Assembly (NCBI RefSeq): GCF_964355755.1
Contig: NC_092680.1
Coordinates: 20,283,045 to 20,347,044, forward strand
Length of the DNA: 64,000 bases
Reading direction: 5' to 3'
Origin: Antedon mediterranea
Taxonomy: Eukaryota > Animalia > Echinodermata
The stretch's first letter is position 1; each line of letters opens with the position of its first letter. Position numbers and translations under genes: made by a program. A model generated the notes under the pieces. The model did no database searches and was not told where the DNA came from. It saw nothing but the letters and a program-made list of their open reading frames with translations. Of the stretch, positions 12,901 to 26,233 are shown one piece after another.

Positions 12901-15900
12901 CAGTAATAAGTTCAACTCTAGTCTACCAGGTACAAGTCAAACAAGTAAATCTAAAGGTAATGGTAGCTTTACAACCAAATAAATAGAAAGGATTTGGTAG
13001 CCTGTCTGGGTAGTTAGGTAGCCTGTCTGGGTAGTTAGGTAGCCTGTCTGGGTAGTTAGATAGCCTGTCTGGGTAGTTAGGTAGCTTTGCAACTAAATAT
13101 ATATGTATGTAACAGTAGAGAGGATATTATTCAGTAGTCTGTTTGGGTAGTTAGCAGGCCTTGTCTTTTAAGGCGAGCGAGTGCGATCACTCACCTAACT
13201 CACTTCTAAACTGCCCTTGAGAAGTGCGATTTACAACACGCTTTAATTTAAAATTTAAACTTCTACACACCAAAATACAAACAACACACCTACAGCATCC
13301 CTGAATGTATTGAGGAGTGCAATTTGTAGCACACCTATAATTTTCAAAAAACAAGGCCTGGTTAGGTAGCCTGTCTGCATCCATTTTATTGCAACCAAAT
13401 AGAATACAGTTAGAGGGAATGTCAGTTGGTAGTCTGACCAAGTAAGTAGTTAGGTACTGGTAATAATAGAGATTTTAAATGCTAGACCATAAACAAAATT
13501 TTGGTTGATTATTTTTTGCTATTCTTTTTACTAACTTAAGTGTAGTTAGGAACCATATAACTGTACGTACCATCATTTAATTTGGAATATTTATACTTGT
13601 AGTAAAAGCTGAAAAATTAGACACTATTATGTCGGATGTATTAGTGTGTGAACAATGTGGAAAGACGGGAAAGTTACATGAATTCTGCCGCTCAGGTCGT
13701 TTTTGCAGTCAGTCATGCGTTGGAACTTATGCTAGCAAGTAAGTTGGTTATAAGACAATTTTGAACACAACTATTTGTGTTAAGACATCATGGGTATTTT
13801 AAAGCTCTGTTTACACTATCCAATTTTATGTGACAACAAAATATGATGTGCCCATATGGACATGATGTCATATCACTACCATATTTAAGCATATCACTGC
13901 CATATTTGGGACATCACACTTTTTTTGTCAAACTAGTTTGATATTGACAGACAGAGCTTAAAAACATTTCAATAAAAAGATATTGTTTATTATTATACAG
14001 ACTTGGTAGAACATGTAAAACTATTACTTTAGACCGAGTATAGCCCCATGCTTGAGTCTAATCCAACCCCTAATTTAGGCTAAATTGATTGATTCGGATG
14101 CAATCTGAAGTATAATTCTACTCACCAGCTTTGTTTTCATTGCAGACAAGGTACAATGCGAAAAGGAACTGAAAAGAAACCAATAATCTTGGAAGCAAAA
14201 AAAAAAGATGGCCGCAAAAAAAAGCTAAAGTTAAATGCGAATGATAAATCAAAAGTTCACGGTGATTTAAAGATGAAATTACAAATGAAAGGTACAGATT
14301 GGGTAAAAGCAGCGGAGAAACCAAAAGCAGGTTACTACCAAAAATTGTTATCTACTGCGCTCTTTTTGTTTGTCGTTAAATTAGTTTGTTGCTGTTGCAG
14401 ATTTATGGTGAACTTTCCCATTTTGCAATGACCTATGACCTAATTGTTTTGGTATTATTGATATGAAATATTTCCCTTAAGTTGTACTCACATTCCTATT
14501 CACATAGAAGAAAGAATTTGTTTTGAGGGTGATTTTTTAAAGGGTAAGCGTGTCTTGACCTGGTGTCGAGAAAGCACCTCTAATTGTCCTGTATGTACAT
14601 AATGAATTATTAAGACACACATTGTAATTAGGTCCTAGGTCATTGCAAGTAAAAAAATACCTATTATAGCTGTCAAAGAGCATGATTTCTGTTTGTACAA
14701 ACATTTTTATTAATATACATTTTACATGCAATTAACCATTTCTCTGAGTGTTCTCGCATGCACTAACCATCTCTCACCTACCAACTCTGTTCACCGTAGC
14801 TTTTCCTGTTCTCACATGTAATTACCAACCTCACTGCCTGCTTTGTTCATAGAGAATATGCTCTGTTTTTTTTACATTTCTCCATTTCATAAAAAAAACT
14901 GTTTTATGTCTGATATTTGGTTTGGTGGACTCAGATTTGTTACTATTCAATTGAAAGTGCCATTTCCAGTTGCCTTGTTCAGTATGTCATCTTAAAGCTC
15001 TACACTATCAAATTAGTTTTTAAAAAAAAGGGTGATGTGTCCAAATATGGTGGTGATATGCCCAAATATTGTAGTGATATGACATCATCATGTCCACATA
15101 TGGACACATCACATATTTTTGTCACATAAAGTTTGATAGTGTAGACAGAGCTTAACCATGATTGTTGGTTGTGTACTAATGTATATCGTTATTTGTTGTT
15201 TTTCTTTGATTCACTTTCGAACTTGTCATCATTAAATCTATGCTATTTACTTTGTAGGAAAAAAGAAAGGGTTTATCTGGTCACATTATTTAGAGCAAGA
15301 GAAAGCAAGAGCAGCGCCAGCTAGGTTGTTCAAAGATGTAAGGCCGCTTTTCACTATTTTAAGATTGACATTATTAAATAACATATTTGTTCAAACTGAA
15401 TTGAAAATTTACCATAGATGATTTTCTTTCCAACAGCCATTTCCCACGGTAAAGAATAATTTTCGTGTTGGAATGAAATTAGAAGGAATTGATCCCAAGC
15501 ATCCATCTATGTTCTGTGTTCTGTCCATCAGTGAGGTCAGAGGTTATAGGTTAAGGCTTCATTTTGATGGCTATTCTGAATGTTATGATTTTTGGGTGAA
15601 TGCAGATTCACCAGATATACAATCAGCTGGAACATGTGAGAATTCAGGCCATAAATTACACCCACCAAAAGGTATGTTGTTATTTTTAGATATTGAAAAT
15701 CAACTAGGAAAAAAAACCAACAATAAAACAAGATTTCAGAATACTATACAAACCTGGCTATTGAACTGAACTTATTTCTTATGAATTTCCTATCATTAAA
15801 GTATTACATACACAGCATTGGGTAGTGTGAGGATGCTCTGTAGATTCTTAGTAGGAATGGCATGGTTAACAGTGGCGTAACGGCTATGAGTGCTCACTGG

Positions 15901-18900
15901 CTAAACCCAGGGGCCCCGGAGTGTATAGGGGCCCCTAAGCAGTGCCCAGAAAAACGGGCATTAAAATATGTCCAAAAAGGCTAAAACCGTCTAAGACCTC
16001 CAGCGTTGGAGGGTCACTTATGGTTCCTAAACTAGGGGACCTCGGGCCTCTGCATTATGCCACTGGCGGTTAACATGGTTTAACAACTTAGTTGAGAACA
16101 CTGCTATAAGTACATGACATGATGTATTGAGACGCAAGCATATTTCTGGAACACTAAGCTATTCAACTCAACAAACATCTCATAAATTCATGTTTTATTT
16201 CTAGGATTTTCTGCAGACAGTTTTGTGTGGAATCAGTACCTAAGAATGAGTAAGGCTACAGCTCCACCTAAAACTTATTTCAAGACATGTGAATCTGTGA
16301 GTTTTATACTATAGTGATTTTAGTAGAATTACTAGGTTGTTTGTGGCCTTAATAGTGTCCATATCACAAATATACCATTGGAGAAGAAGTCTGTCTTCAT
16401 ATTCATGATCACATAATTAATAGGGAGCTGTCATTAGACTGAATTGACCCTTCTAAAGGTCAATCTTTTTAATGAAATTTGCGATTACCAAAGATGTAGA
16501 TATTTTTATTTATTTATTGCAGGAAAACCCGTTGCATAGTAATGGATTTAAAAAAGGAATGAAATTAGAAGCGGTGGATAGAAAAAATCCGTCATTAATA
16601 TGTGTAGCGAGCGTCACTGATGTGATGAACAATCGTTTTCTAATTCATTTTGATGCATGGGAAGATTCTTACGACTACTGGTGTGACGCCACGTCTCCGT
16701 ACATTCATCCGGTTGGCTGGTGTCAAGAAAATAGCAAGATTTTATCCCCTCCAAATGGTACATTTATTTCTTCTTTATAATAGGTGGCTCTTTAGATTCA
16801 TATACAGTCTATACAGATTCCTTTGATTATCCAATATAATTGAAATTACAATGCTAATATCTTGGTTTGCCTTAAATAAATATAAAGGAAAAAAATAACT
16901 ATCTAAAAAATCTTTTGTCGTATCCCACCTGGCGAGTACTTGTAACGGTCCCCACTCTGCTTTCTTATTAAAAAGATATACTGGGGCTATAGGAGTAATA
17001 TTTTATGTTCTTGTATTTCTCCAGATTACCCAGATGTTGCTAACTTCACATGGGCAGATTATCTTCAGAGAAAGAAGGCCCTTGCTGTACCTGCTAGAGC
17101 TTTCAAACCTGTAAGTATTATGGTCATGTAGGCCGAGCACCTTTTTGTTATGTTTTTAGTCGCATGCAACATGACTCTATAGCTCACTATGTCGGTCGGT
17201 CGGTAAACACTAACTCAAATTTGCGCACGCGACTGCAGCCATGTATATGGTCTTGTTATCAACAAAGCTTATGAAACCTCTCTGTACGTATATTGTTATT
17301 ATCTCTGCAGTGTATAAAAGAGGAATTTCTAATGTATTTTTATATTGGACCAAATAAAGAATAATAATAATAATTTCTTTCATAGAGTTCTTTAGCATAT
17401 GAACAATTTTACATTATAGATATTTCTTTGCTTCTGTTAAATGTGTTGATTTTTTTTATAGAGATCACCACTCGGTTTTCAAATAGGAATGAAGTTAGAA
17501 GTTGTTGATAAACGCAATCCTAGTCTGATTCGAGCAGCAACCATTGAAGAGACCGAAAACCACCGTGTTAAAGTCCACTTTGATGGTTGGTCTGACATCT
17601 ATGACTACTGGGTTGATGATGATAGTCCAGACATCCATCCTGCTGGTTGGTGTACCAAGACTGGTCATCCGCTTCAGCCTCCGATATGTCCAGTTGACCT
17701 CATGGATAAGGAGTAAGTGACCAGTTTTTATAGTTCAAGATTTGTAAACAGAGGTTATAAATATTAACTAGAGACTATACTGGATGTTTTCCTTCTAATC
17801 TCTAATAAAAATAAACCCAAACCTCTACGGTGTTGTTCTTGACCAGTAATACTTTCAAATCCATGATTTGCAGAAGCTATTTATTAATATATTTTATAAT
17901 ATAATGATTGGATTATTTATTATTTATAGAATTGGCTGCCCAACTCCTGGCTGCAATGGTATAGGCCATATCAAAGGTGCTAAATATACCGGTCACCACA
18001 GGTATGTCTGATTTTCTTAGTTCATGTATCAATTATCTAGATGAATTCATAACAAACATTGATGCAATAGCCTATAAAATTAAATTATCCTTGTTTAATT
18101 AATAGAATTATAAATATGTTCTTGCATTAATGTTAGGTTGGACTTTCAACAAATTTGAATTATACCAGTGTGTCTTGTTTTAGAAAATGTCTTTGTTTTT
18201 CTGTAAAACATTTGTAGGTTATTTGAGTATAAAAATGCATTTACTATATTTTTCACCATACTTTTTAATGTCCAGTGATTTGAGATTATTATTTATTGTT
18301 GTGCCATTGTGTATTGTTTTATTGTGCAGTTATGTTTAACATGTTTTATGTCAGGTATTTTTTTATCTATATTGGGCCCATGGTTCCAATTCTGGAAGTT
18401 TTCAATATTTAATAAATACATATTTATATTTCTAGTGCGTTTGGATGCCCATATTCAACATTAAATATGAACAAAGAGGGTATTATTCAGGACCGTATTG
18501 CACTGTCTGGAACTAAGGTGGTACCAGTAGAATTAACCAAGAAAGCCATACTGGGTTCACCTGAATTCAAGTTAGTATATCTTTTTTTTATCCCAAATTT
18601 CTGCATACATTTGTATCACAATTTTACAGAATTATAATTGTGTTTGTCTGTAATCATATAGTATTTTTCAATTCCATAGCTATTTAATGTGAATTTTTCA
18701 AGTAGTAAAATATATTTATTTTATTTTTATCAGTTAAAACTTTTGTTTGTAATTATATTAAATCTTTCTATTTTTGTTAGGTGTCCAACATCTGGCTGTG
18801 AAGGGTATGGACATGTGACCGGCAAGTATTCCTACCATCACAAGCTATCGGGCTGCCCTCTATCTCTAAACAATGTTACCAAGGTTAAAAGCCCAAGTCC

Positions 18901-20750
18901 ACCGCAGAGAGGGCGTCCTCCCCTAGCAAAGAACATAGCACGTGGTAGAAAAAAGTAAGTTTATTAGCTGTACAAGACCTGATTAACAAAGTAGTAATAA
19001 CTTGAGATGAGTGGCTAAGCATAAAAGACAATCACTCCTCGACCATTAGTTCTGGTGGTAGAACAAGTCTTCACATTTAAGGACTTAAAAGTGTACATAT
19101 CTGGTGCACCTACAAGAACGCAGTGCATATTTTTTAGTAGTAGTGGATAATCCGGTGTTCTTTTCCATATATGCCCTTATTAATGGCCCTGTCAACAACC
19201 CTACCAGTGCCACAAGAGTGGCCGAATGTCCAAATGAGATGAAAGATGATTAACTAATAACTCATTGTCTTTATTTCAACCAATTGACATAGTAGATCTG
19301 CAGTTAAGATACTGAACTAAGTCTCTCATGTTGGCTATGTGGGTGCCCTACCATTTGACCACTGAGGCTTTGTACACATTATTATTACATTTATTCATAT
19401 ATTTCAGAGTTAAAAAGTCTTTGGAGGCCACATTAGGAGAAAGAGCTGAGAAAGGTATCAATGTATTTCAATAAACAATTTGTTCATAATAGAAATATAT
19501 TTGTTTTTTATTGTTGCTGGCCATAGCGTTAAGATTCTTAAGTTTCTGGCTGTAGTGGAGCCGTTCCTAACTTCCAATGCCAAGGTCGAGGATTCTATCC
19601 TGATTATTTATCCATCCTGTCGAATTGGCGAATTTTCTCACTATTGAATGTTGTGAAATAAATAAAATAATTTGTGTTTGAAATTTGTTTAAAGAATCTT
19701 CAGAAAAAGACATCTCTTTATTTGTCTCTCTTTAACAACAAAAGATGTATGCACAAATGTTTTTTATCAAACTGAAGTTTATTTTAATGTTGTTATGCTG
19801 TCGGAAGTTTGGCAACATTATGCACGATATCATCTTAAACACTTAATCAATCATGGACTTGTTAAAAGTTGGAAAAGCTTTTGAAAAAAATCCGTAAAAG
19901 CAGAGGCCGATATAAACTACTGTACTTAAAATCTTCCCTTTATATTTTAAATTGAAATCTTATGATACTTGTCCATATATAATCAAGTTTAAAACCTTTT
20001 TAATGTTTTTCAGATGGTAGCAATCTACACAATCAACTTCACCAGTCTGTGTTTATGTCCGCAATGTCGCCCCACCCAGTCAAAGATTTACCACTCTGTT
20101 GGCAACAACATACCAAACTGTTACCGGGCGTGTCGGAAATCCCAACTAGCATTGTATCCAAGTGGAACCAGTCTGATGTGTCTGAATTTGTTAGCAGGCT
20201 GCCCGGCTGCACGGAACATGCCAAGAAGTTTTCAGAAGAAGTAAGTAGTTAGTTAGTCAGATCAGTTTTACCTGATAATCTTTGACATTTCCCAATATTT
20301 TGAGTCTTCCTGTTAAGGTATAGTTTCTCCCGATTTGTTAGTTTATGAAAACTAATACCCAATCTTGCCGTAATATACATTTTTTTTACTTGTTAACTAA
20401 ACTTGAAAATAAGTTCCCCAGCGCATTTCCGACTTTGCCACTCCTATTTTCAGATGCCGATGCGCTGTCAAAAGATTGATTGATATTTTTTATTTGATAT
20501 GGTCCTTTCTTTTTTGAAAATGTTTGAATAAATATCTCGATATTCCCAAGTTAGTTTTTCATACAAACCAAATACAAGTTAACAATATTTACTTACATTT
20601 GTTTTCACATTGTTTTTTTAGCAAATAGACGGTGAGGCTTTCCTACTTTTAACTCAGGCCGATCTTGTAAAGATTATGAATATAAAACTAGGCCCAGCAG
20701 TGAAGATCTTTAATGCTATTCTCATCTTAAAAAGCCAGGAGGACCTATGA
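9902..20750 (+). CDS. L3MBTL3: Lethal(3)malignant brain tumor-like protein (L3MBTL1/3/4 family), 17 coding exons, 960 aa
   Basis: Phase-consistent GT-AG exons: 9902-10427, 11189-11343, 12839-12956, 13603-13738, 14146-14330, 15258-15337, 15437-15671, 16205-16296, 16523-16757, 17025-17110, 17462-17712, 17930-18001, 18436-18570, 18781-18954, 19408-19454, 20014-20240, 20622-20750 (2883 nt). Encodes the N-terminal family motif [22 protein letters not shown], an FCS zinc finger (CEQC...RFCSQSC), three MBT repeats (GMKLE.(I/V)D..P...HFD.(W/Y)...D(F/Y)W), two C2HC fingers (CPTPGC.G.GH...HHSAFGCP; CPTSGC...HHKLSGCP), an RGRP AT-hook-like motif and a C-terminal SAM ([29 protein letters not shown]). The symbol marks the closest vertebrate family member; one-to-one orthology is not shown. 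Confidence 0.93.
12996..13086 (+). repeat. 21-bp minisatellite (GGTAGCCTGTCTGGGTAGTTA) x~4 with degenerate copies out to ~13455
   Basis: Directly visible tandem copies in the intron after coding exon 3 of L3MBTL. Confidence 0.9.
13155..13360. mobile_element. MITE with CAGGCCTTGT TIRs and a 5-bp TSD (hAT5-like?)
   Basis: GTTAG|CAGGCCTTGTCTTTTT...AAAAAACAAGGCCTG|GTTAG, inserted into a copy of the 21-bp minisatellite. Confidence 0.65.
13803..13958. mobile_element. PIF/Harbinger-like MITE, L3MBTL intron
   Basis: TAA|AGCTCTGTTTACACTATC...CAGACAGAGCT|TAA; 3-bp TAA TSD. Confidence 0.75.
14996..15152. mobile_element. PIF/Harbinger-like MITE, same family, reverse orientation
   Basis: TAA|AGCTCTACACTATCAAA...TTTGATAGTGTAGACAGAGCT|TAA. 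Confidence 0.75.
15870..16065. mobile_element. hAT-like MITE
   Basis: CAGTGGCGTAA...TTATGCCACTG termini; 8-bp flanks ATGGTTAA and GCGGTTAA match at 6/8; GC-rich gggcccc interior. Confidence 0.6.
17153..17257 (+). mobile_element. Short Helentron-associated element (HINE/DINE-1-like)
   Basis: TTTTTAGTCGC... 5' sub-terminal repeat, (GTCG)n microsatellite, 3' CACGCGACT, then a short hairpin ending TTGTT. Same structure at 25248-25373 and ~34098-34183. Confidence 0.6.
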
Positions 20751-21247
20751 TGTGATGTGGGTTAAAATCAGCTGTACAGATTTTAAATGCTATTGAAGAG
20801 TCGGAGGAGACTATGATGCGAATGATAAAAACAGAAGAGAATGCGTTAATGTAAATGGAACAATCAGCTGTAAAGATTAGTAATACACTGTTGTTCTTCT
20901 TGTTTAACATGTATAAAATCGTAGGCCATTCCTCTTCTTTGGATAACTAGACAATACAAATAACTTGCATCTTGCTAGGGACCTTTATCATCATCATCTT
21001 GAAGGACCCATACCGTACATCTTCTTGTCATGAACTTTGAAATCGCCAAAGTTTTGATATCAGTCCTGTAAAAGCAAAAAGAAAGTGGTACATTACTTTT
21101 GCAATTTGTTACATCTTGCCTTTATAAAAAAAAATGTGAACCTTAATTGGGCATGTTTTACTATTTATTGATTTATTTAAATACAAATACAGAAGACACC
21201 TCTACTTCCTCCAAAACGAATGAGAGGAAATGTATGTTTTAACACTG

Positions 21248-21340
21248 CAGTCAACCCCTGTTCAGGGGACACCCCTATTAAGGGACACTTTGTGGGGTCC
21301 CAGAGGTGTCCTCTATATAGAGGTTCTTGTATATTGTATA
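21248..21340. mobile_element. Degenerate Tc1/mariner-like MITE downstream of the L3MBTL stop
   Basis: CAGTCAACCCCTG...GGGGACACCCCT...AGAGGTGTCCTCT...AGAGGTT fold-back pattern; a related remnant lies at ~27240-27400. Confidence 0.4.
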
Positions 21341-22384
21341 CTGCTTCAAACCAATTATCTATTGTCATTGTATTGTTTTGTACAGCTGTATTGTACTTGG
21401 TACTATTTTGGGTGATATTAGCGACTTTGCATTTCATAACACCATGCATTAACTCTGGTGTAAGTCAGTTGATTGAATTTTGGGGGATAACCAAATCGTA
21501 TTGGTCTATACATGGATCATTAGCATAAAACAATGTCACATTTGCGTATGTGCTCCAGCACCATATACTTACCCAGTTATCCCTTATCAGTTGATTCTTC
21601 AACAAGGTTACAATAAGTATATTTTGTTTCTCAACTACAAAGTGTTATATTTTACTTTCTAATTCTGACTGTTACTAGTAAATTATTTAGATATGAAACT
21701 TTACCAGTTGTTTGTGAATGAAAATATAAACCATTTTTTTTAAGATCAAAAGTTTCTTGTTTATGTTAAATTGAATGGTTAATAACTGTAAAACAATGAT
21801 TTTATTCCAAAGGTAGTTTAGCGATTGTGTTATGAATAAGAATTATGTTATATATATTATATATACATTCATGTCCGATTGTATTGATTATTATATGAAA
21901 GAGTTAAAATATTATATAAATGTAGTGTCGACTTGCAACTGAAGGTATCTCCAACATTGTATCAAGATGTTGCATTCATTTGCTTGGAACTATTCTGTCG
22001 GCAAGTTGTTTACTTTCAGCTCAATCGTGCCGCGAATCTTGTTGCCTGCTTGAACTGTAAGTAATTCGACCAATCAGGACGCGATGGAACATCCGAACTG
22101 TTTCTTGTGATTGGTCAATTCACGTACGTTGCGCCTACGTTGCTTTGCATTCAAATGGAAAACCAAGATTTAAAGAGAAATAGAAAATGATATGATTATA
22201 TTATGCATGTATTGTTTATGATCAAATAATATATATACTATAAACTAACGTACATTTTACGAGGAAATTGTATGTAAATATTATATACATCTGTATAATT
22301 TAAGTGAATTTGATGGGAGTGTGAGCTTGTTATTGTTGGTTTTATGAATGTATAAAAACGGTTATAGTTGCATTGGTTGCATTA

Positions 22385-22535
22385 AGGCCAATTCCGACAG
22401 CTTCGTACGACGAGGCCCGACGAAACGTCTTGACTCTTAATCCCGACGAGACGAGTCGTCTTGAGATAGCGTCGGGCGTAATTTTTAGGTCGTCGCGAGA
22501 ACTTTAAACATGTACGACGCTGTCTGAGTTGGCTT
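22385..22535. mobile_element. PIF/Harbinger-like MITE (second family)
   Basis: TTA|AGGCCAATTCCGACAGC...GCTGTCTGAGTTGGCTT|TTA; CpG-rich cgacga interior. Confidence 0.6.
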
Positions 22536-23827
22536 TTAGATGTTTCTTTCAATTACGTTATCGTAATCTTTTTCTTTATGTTTGTTGGTATTAGCAAATA
22601 CGTTCATAAACAAGAGTCCACACTCGTTCTAACATCGTCAATTTATTGGTGAAGTTGTTTTTTTCCGGGCAGCATACAGAATTTGAAATCAAATAACTGA
22701 TTGGTAGCCATACACACACATATATTTAATTCATCTGTGTATATAATTTTTTCAAATCAAGTGTTGTGCTTTATTTACTCTCAAAACAAAAAAAATAGTT
22801 ATAAATAAATATTAAAACTATTTAACGACGGTTTAAAACAGTTGGTTTACATAGTAATTTTCTTGTTTTTTTCAAAAGTGTAAACATTTTTCATCCTTTA
22901 ATCTAAGTCTTTGTTTGGGTGTTTAAAAAAAAATCCTCGACTACGCAAATACATTCATTCAACATTTATTTAGAAACATTTCAAGAAATAAAAGAAGCAT
23001 ACATTTACAATAACTTAAATGGTGAAAATAAATAAGAACTGTTTCAGCCTTGGATCTGAAAAAGGAGTAAAAATACAGAACATGATTGAATTGAAAAGCA
23101 CGTATTTTAGCTGAGAGTCCAGAGTTTTATTTTTTTCGATTGCCGATGTAAGACCAAAAGATTTAGATAGAGCTAATGTAAATAATCAAAGGAAAGAATT
23201 CTGAAGACCATCAGCCCATTCAGAATTGTCATTAAGTTGAAATAAAGTTTCACGAAACTCTATCATTGCGAAATAAAGATAATTTCACTATAACCTACTT
23301 TAGATCAAAATCTGCTGATTTATACGTGACATGTGGGAAGTGTCAATCACTGAAAGTATCGACCATAAAATAACATCACTAATGTTATGACGACTTTTTG
23401 TTTCATTTTCTACTTAATATTCTGCATAATTTATGCAAACAACTTATACGGGTTACAAAAAACAAATAACAATGATGCAATTCGGCAACTAAATAGTTGA
23501 TTTATGTTAAACAAAACGAAAAATAAGATCGTCTAAAATGTTTTTGCTACCATCTTTAGAATTTTTTTTTGTATTATTCGTATACTAGCCAATTAAAAAT
23601 ACTAGCAACTGTACTTTAAGTAACTATCACTAAGGTCATTGTACGGTACAAACAAAATATACCGCACATTATAGAGTCCGTGATAGAAACCGAAAACTTG
23701 ATGAATTAATCGAAATAATGATCTAAACATATACGGTAATTGTTAAGGAAATACAGTTAGTTTTTGGTGTTTCCTATACTATGCAACTTGGATTATTAGC
23801 GTTGGTTATTAGCTTCTACGATTCATT

Positions 23828-25846
23828 ATGAATGCCTTATTCCTTCTTGTTATTCTTGCTACTGCATATGGTAAGATGTTTATACTTTTGTAATAAGTCA
23901 ACTACTGTCATAGAAATATTCTCGAATTTTATTTCTTTCTAAGATAGATAAAACTGGTAGAGTAAGATTTTTAAAACAATACTATACATTCTTTAAATAG
24001 GTGAACGAGGTGATCTCCGTTTAACTAGTGGAAGTGAAAATCATGGATTGATACAAATCTCTGAAACTGATAAGTGGTTTAGAAGTGGTTGCTTCAACGA
24101 CAGTACATTTGGCGACACAGAAGCCCTGATTGTGTGTCGCCAACTGGGTAATTATTCAAAAATATTGTTATAGGTGTAAACTACAAAATACTGAATGTCG
24201 TGAGCTTACAAAATGACTAAAAATATCATACCGTAGATATTTTCAACGCTTATTATTTAGTAAAACAGCTATTGACGTTTTAATATAAACCACCTATGAA
24301 CATACCTTAGATACAACTGTCAAGTAAAACGTGTTCTTTCTTAGTACGGTAATTTATTAATTTGTACTTAATGAATAATTATTGTGTCAAATTGTATATA
24401 CCATTTTTATAAAATACTGTAGATTTTCAATACTTCAATAATTATTGGAATTCTGTGGAAAACCCACTTTATCGAGTTGCTGTAGTACAAGACTTTAGCT
24501 GTACAGAAGATAACGTTAAACTGATTGATTGCATGCAATTGGAGTTCTTTAATACTACCCAGTTAGAGGAGGAGGGCGGTTTCGTTTGTAATTCCGTTCT
24601 ACTTGCTTGTTCTCATACAGGTATGTAGAACACTGGTTAATTGTAATTACCAGTAGTTCAACTTCTAAAATTGTAAAAAGTAGAATGTTTATTTACATAT
24701 TATTTTAAGTATAGCACTTCGCTCCCCCCCCCCCCCCACCACAAATCATACATTAATAATAATAACCTACAAATCATTATTATCGTAAAATAAAATCCAT
24801 GATCTATAATATATTTTATATTTACAAACAGCAGACCTACGTTGCATAAAAGGTAGGTTTAATAAAGAAAAGAAATGAGAAATATTATTAAAATTGTAGT
24901 TTATTATAATCAGTACCAAAACTGTTAATGTTAGATGATATGGCAATTCAACTGTCAATAATAATACTCTTTTAGGTTGAAATCGGTTTAATGTTACCAA
25001 AGCAAAGAGATAGATCTATGATAATCATGTCCTTTACATTTTCATGTATTATATTTGTTTAAATTTAGCTCCTCCTCCAAAGACTACTACATTTGCACCA
25101 AAATGTAAGTATAACGAAAACTTAAAGTGATGAGAACGATTACTATTTGTGTTTTCGAATTTCAAACTTCAGTTAGAAACTTAAACTATTTCTTTCTCCC
25201 TCTTCTCCCCTATACCAAATTATATTATTATCCCTTAAAGGTATGCATTTTTAGTCGCGTGTAACGCGACTCTATAGCTCACTATATCGGTCGGTTGGTC
25301 GGTCGGTCAGTAAACATTAACTTAAATTTGCACACGCGACTGCACCCATGCATATGGCCCCCATGGCCTTGTTAATTGAAGCAGGCCTGTCCCCAGTTTG
25401 TCCACTTTTGAAACAAGTAGGCATACAGAACGCAATTTTACAATTTTAAATCAATTTATTTTAATTTCTAGCAACTTCGGTTGGCAATGGAATTAGAGGA
25501 AAAGTCGAACAACACAATGACTCATCAGCTGTTACACGCAGTAAGTTCTTTTATTGTTTAAAAAAAAAGGTTTTTGCTTTAAAATAACAACGACGAGAAA
25601 TCTCCACTAGTAAAATGTTACTTGAGACTCATCGAAATAAAAAGTGATTACAATTTATGAATTACATCATTTTTTGCAGACAAAATACATTATTAATAAA
25701 TCAATGCTTAGAGATGTCCGGCACCCATATAGGCATACAAGCAGAACACTTTTTAAATGTTTCGAATGTTTATCTCAACAGGTTCTATGGTGATAGTACT
25801 ATTAATGGTCATCGCTGCAGTTGTTTTCAATAATCAGGACGATTAG
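23828..25846 (+). CDS. Small single-SRCR-domain cell-surface protein, 6 exons, 185 aa (signal peptide, SRCR, P/T/S linker, hydrophobic C-terminus)
   Basis: Exons 23828-23870 (MNALFLLVILATAY), 24001-24147 (GDLRLTSG...GLIQI...W...C...FGDTEALIVCRQL), 24423-24620 (FSCTEDNVKLIDC...C...LLACS), 25069-25104, 25472-25540, 25782-25846 (SMVIVLLMVIAAVVFNNQDD*). All five introns are GT-AG and phase 1; total 558 nt. Confidence 0.8.
25248..25373 (+). mobile_element. Short HINE/DINE-1-like element
   Basis: TTTTTAGTCGCGTGTAACGCGACT...(GTCG)n...CACGCGACT...GGCCTTGTT. Confidence 0.6.
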
Positions 25847-25885
25847 AATTCGAATATTACCATTGACAAGTGGAGCTATATGCCT

Positions 25886-25972
25886 AGCTTGGTGGTTAAC
25901 GTGCTTGTCTCGCAATCCTAAGATCTATGATTCAATCCTGACCTAATGTCAGGGTTGAAAAACATGACTCTG
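25886..25972 (+). mobile_element. tRNA-derived SINE head (degenerate)
   Basis: AGCTTGGTGGTTAACGTGCTTG...GATTCAATCC (A/B-box-like); homologous to 30653-30737. Confidence 0.5.
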
Positions 25973-25989
25973 AATCTGAAAGAGATTAA

Positions 25990-26167
25990 AGTTCTGTCTA
26001 CACTATCACACTTTTTGTGATAACAAAATGTGATGTGACCATTTATGGACATGATGATTTCATAGCACTACCATATTTGGGCATATCACTACCATATTTG
26101 GGCATATCACTACCATATTTCATATCACACTTTTTTGTCAGACCAGTTTAATAGTGTAGACAGAGCT
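25990..26167. mobile_element. PIF/Harbinger-like MITE, same family
   Basis: TAA|AGTTCTGTCTACACTAT...ATAGTGTAGACAGAGCT|TAA with three internal 21-bp catatcactaccatatttggg-type repeats. Confidence 0.75.
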
Positions 26168-26233
26168 TAAGTTGATAAGCATGGCACATTATGGTTTCCG
26201 TTAATTTGCGGGTTTCTAGCTATTGGATGCGAA

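Noticed and set aside
20748-20765. Stop-codon readthrough of L3MBTL into the duplicated SAM-end echo
   Set aside because: An in-frame TAA follows five codons later, and the echo is in a different frame.
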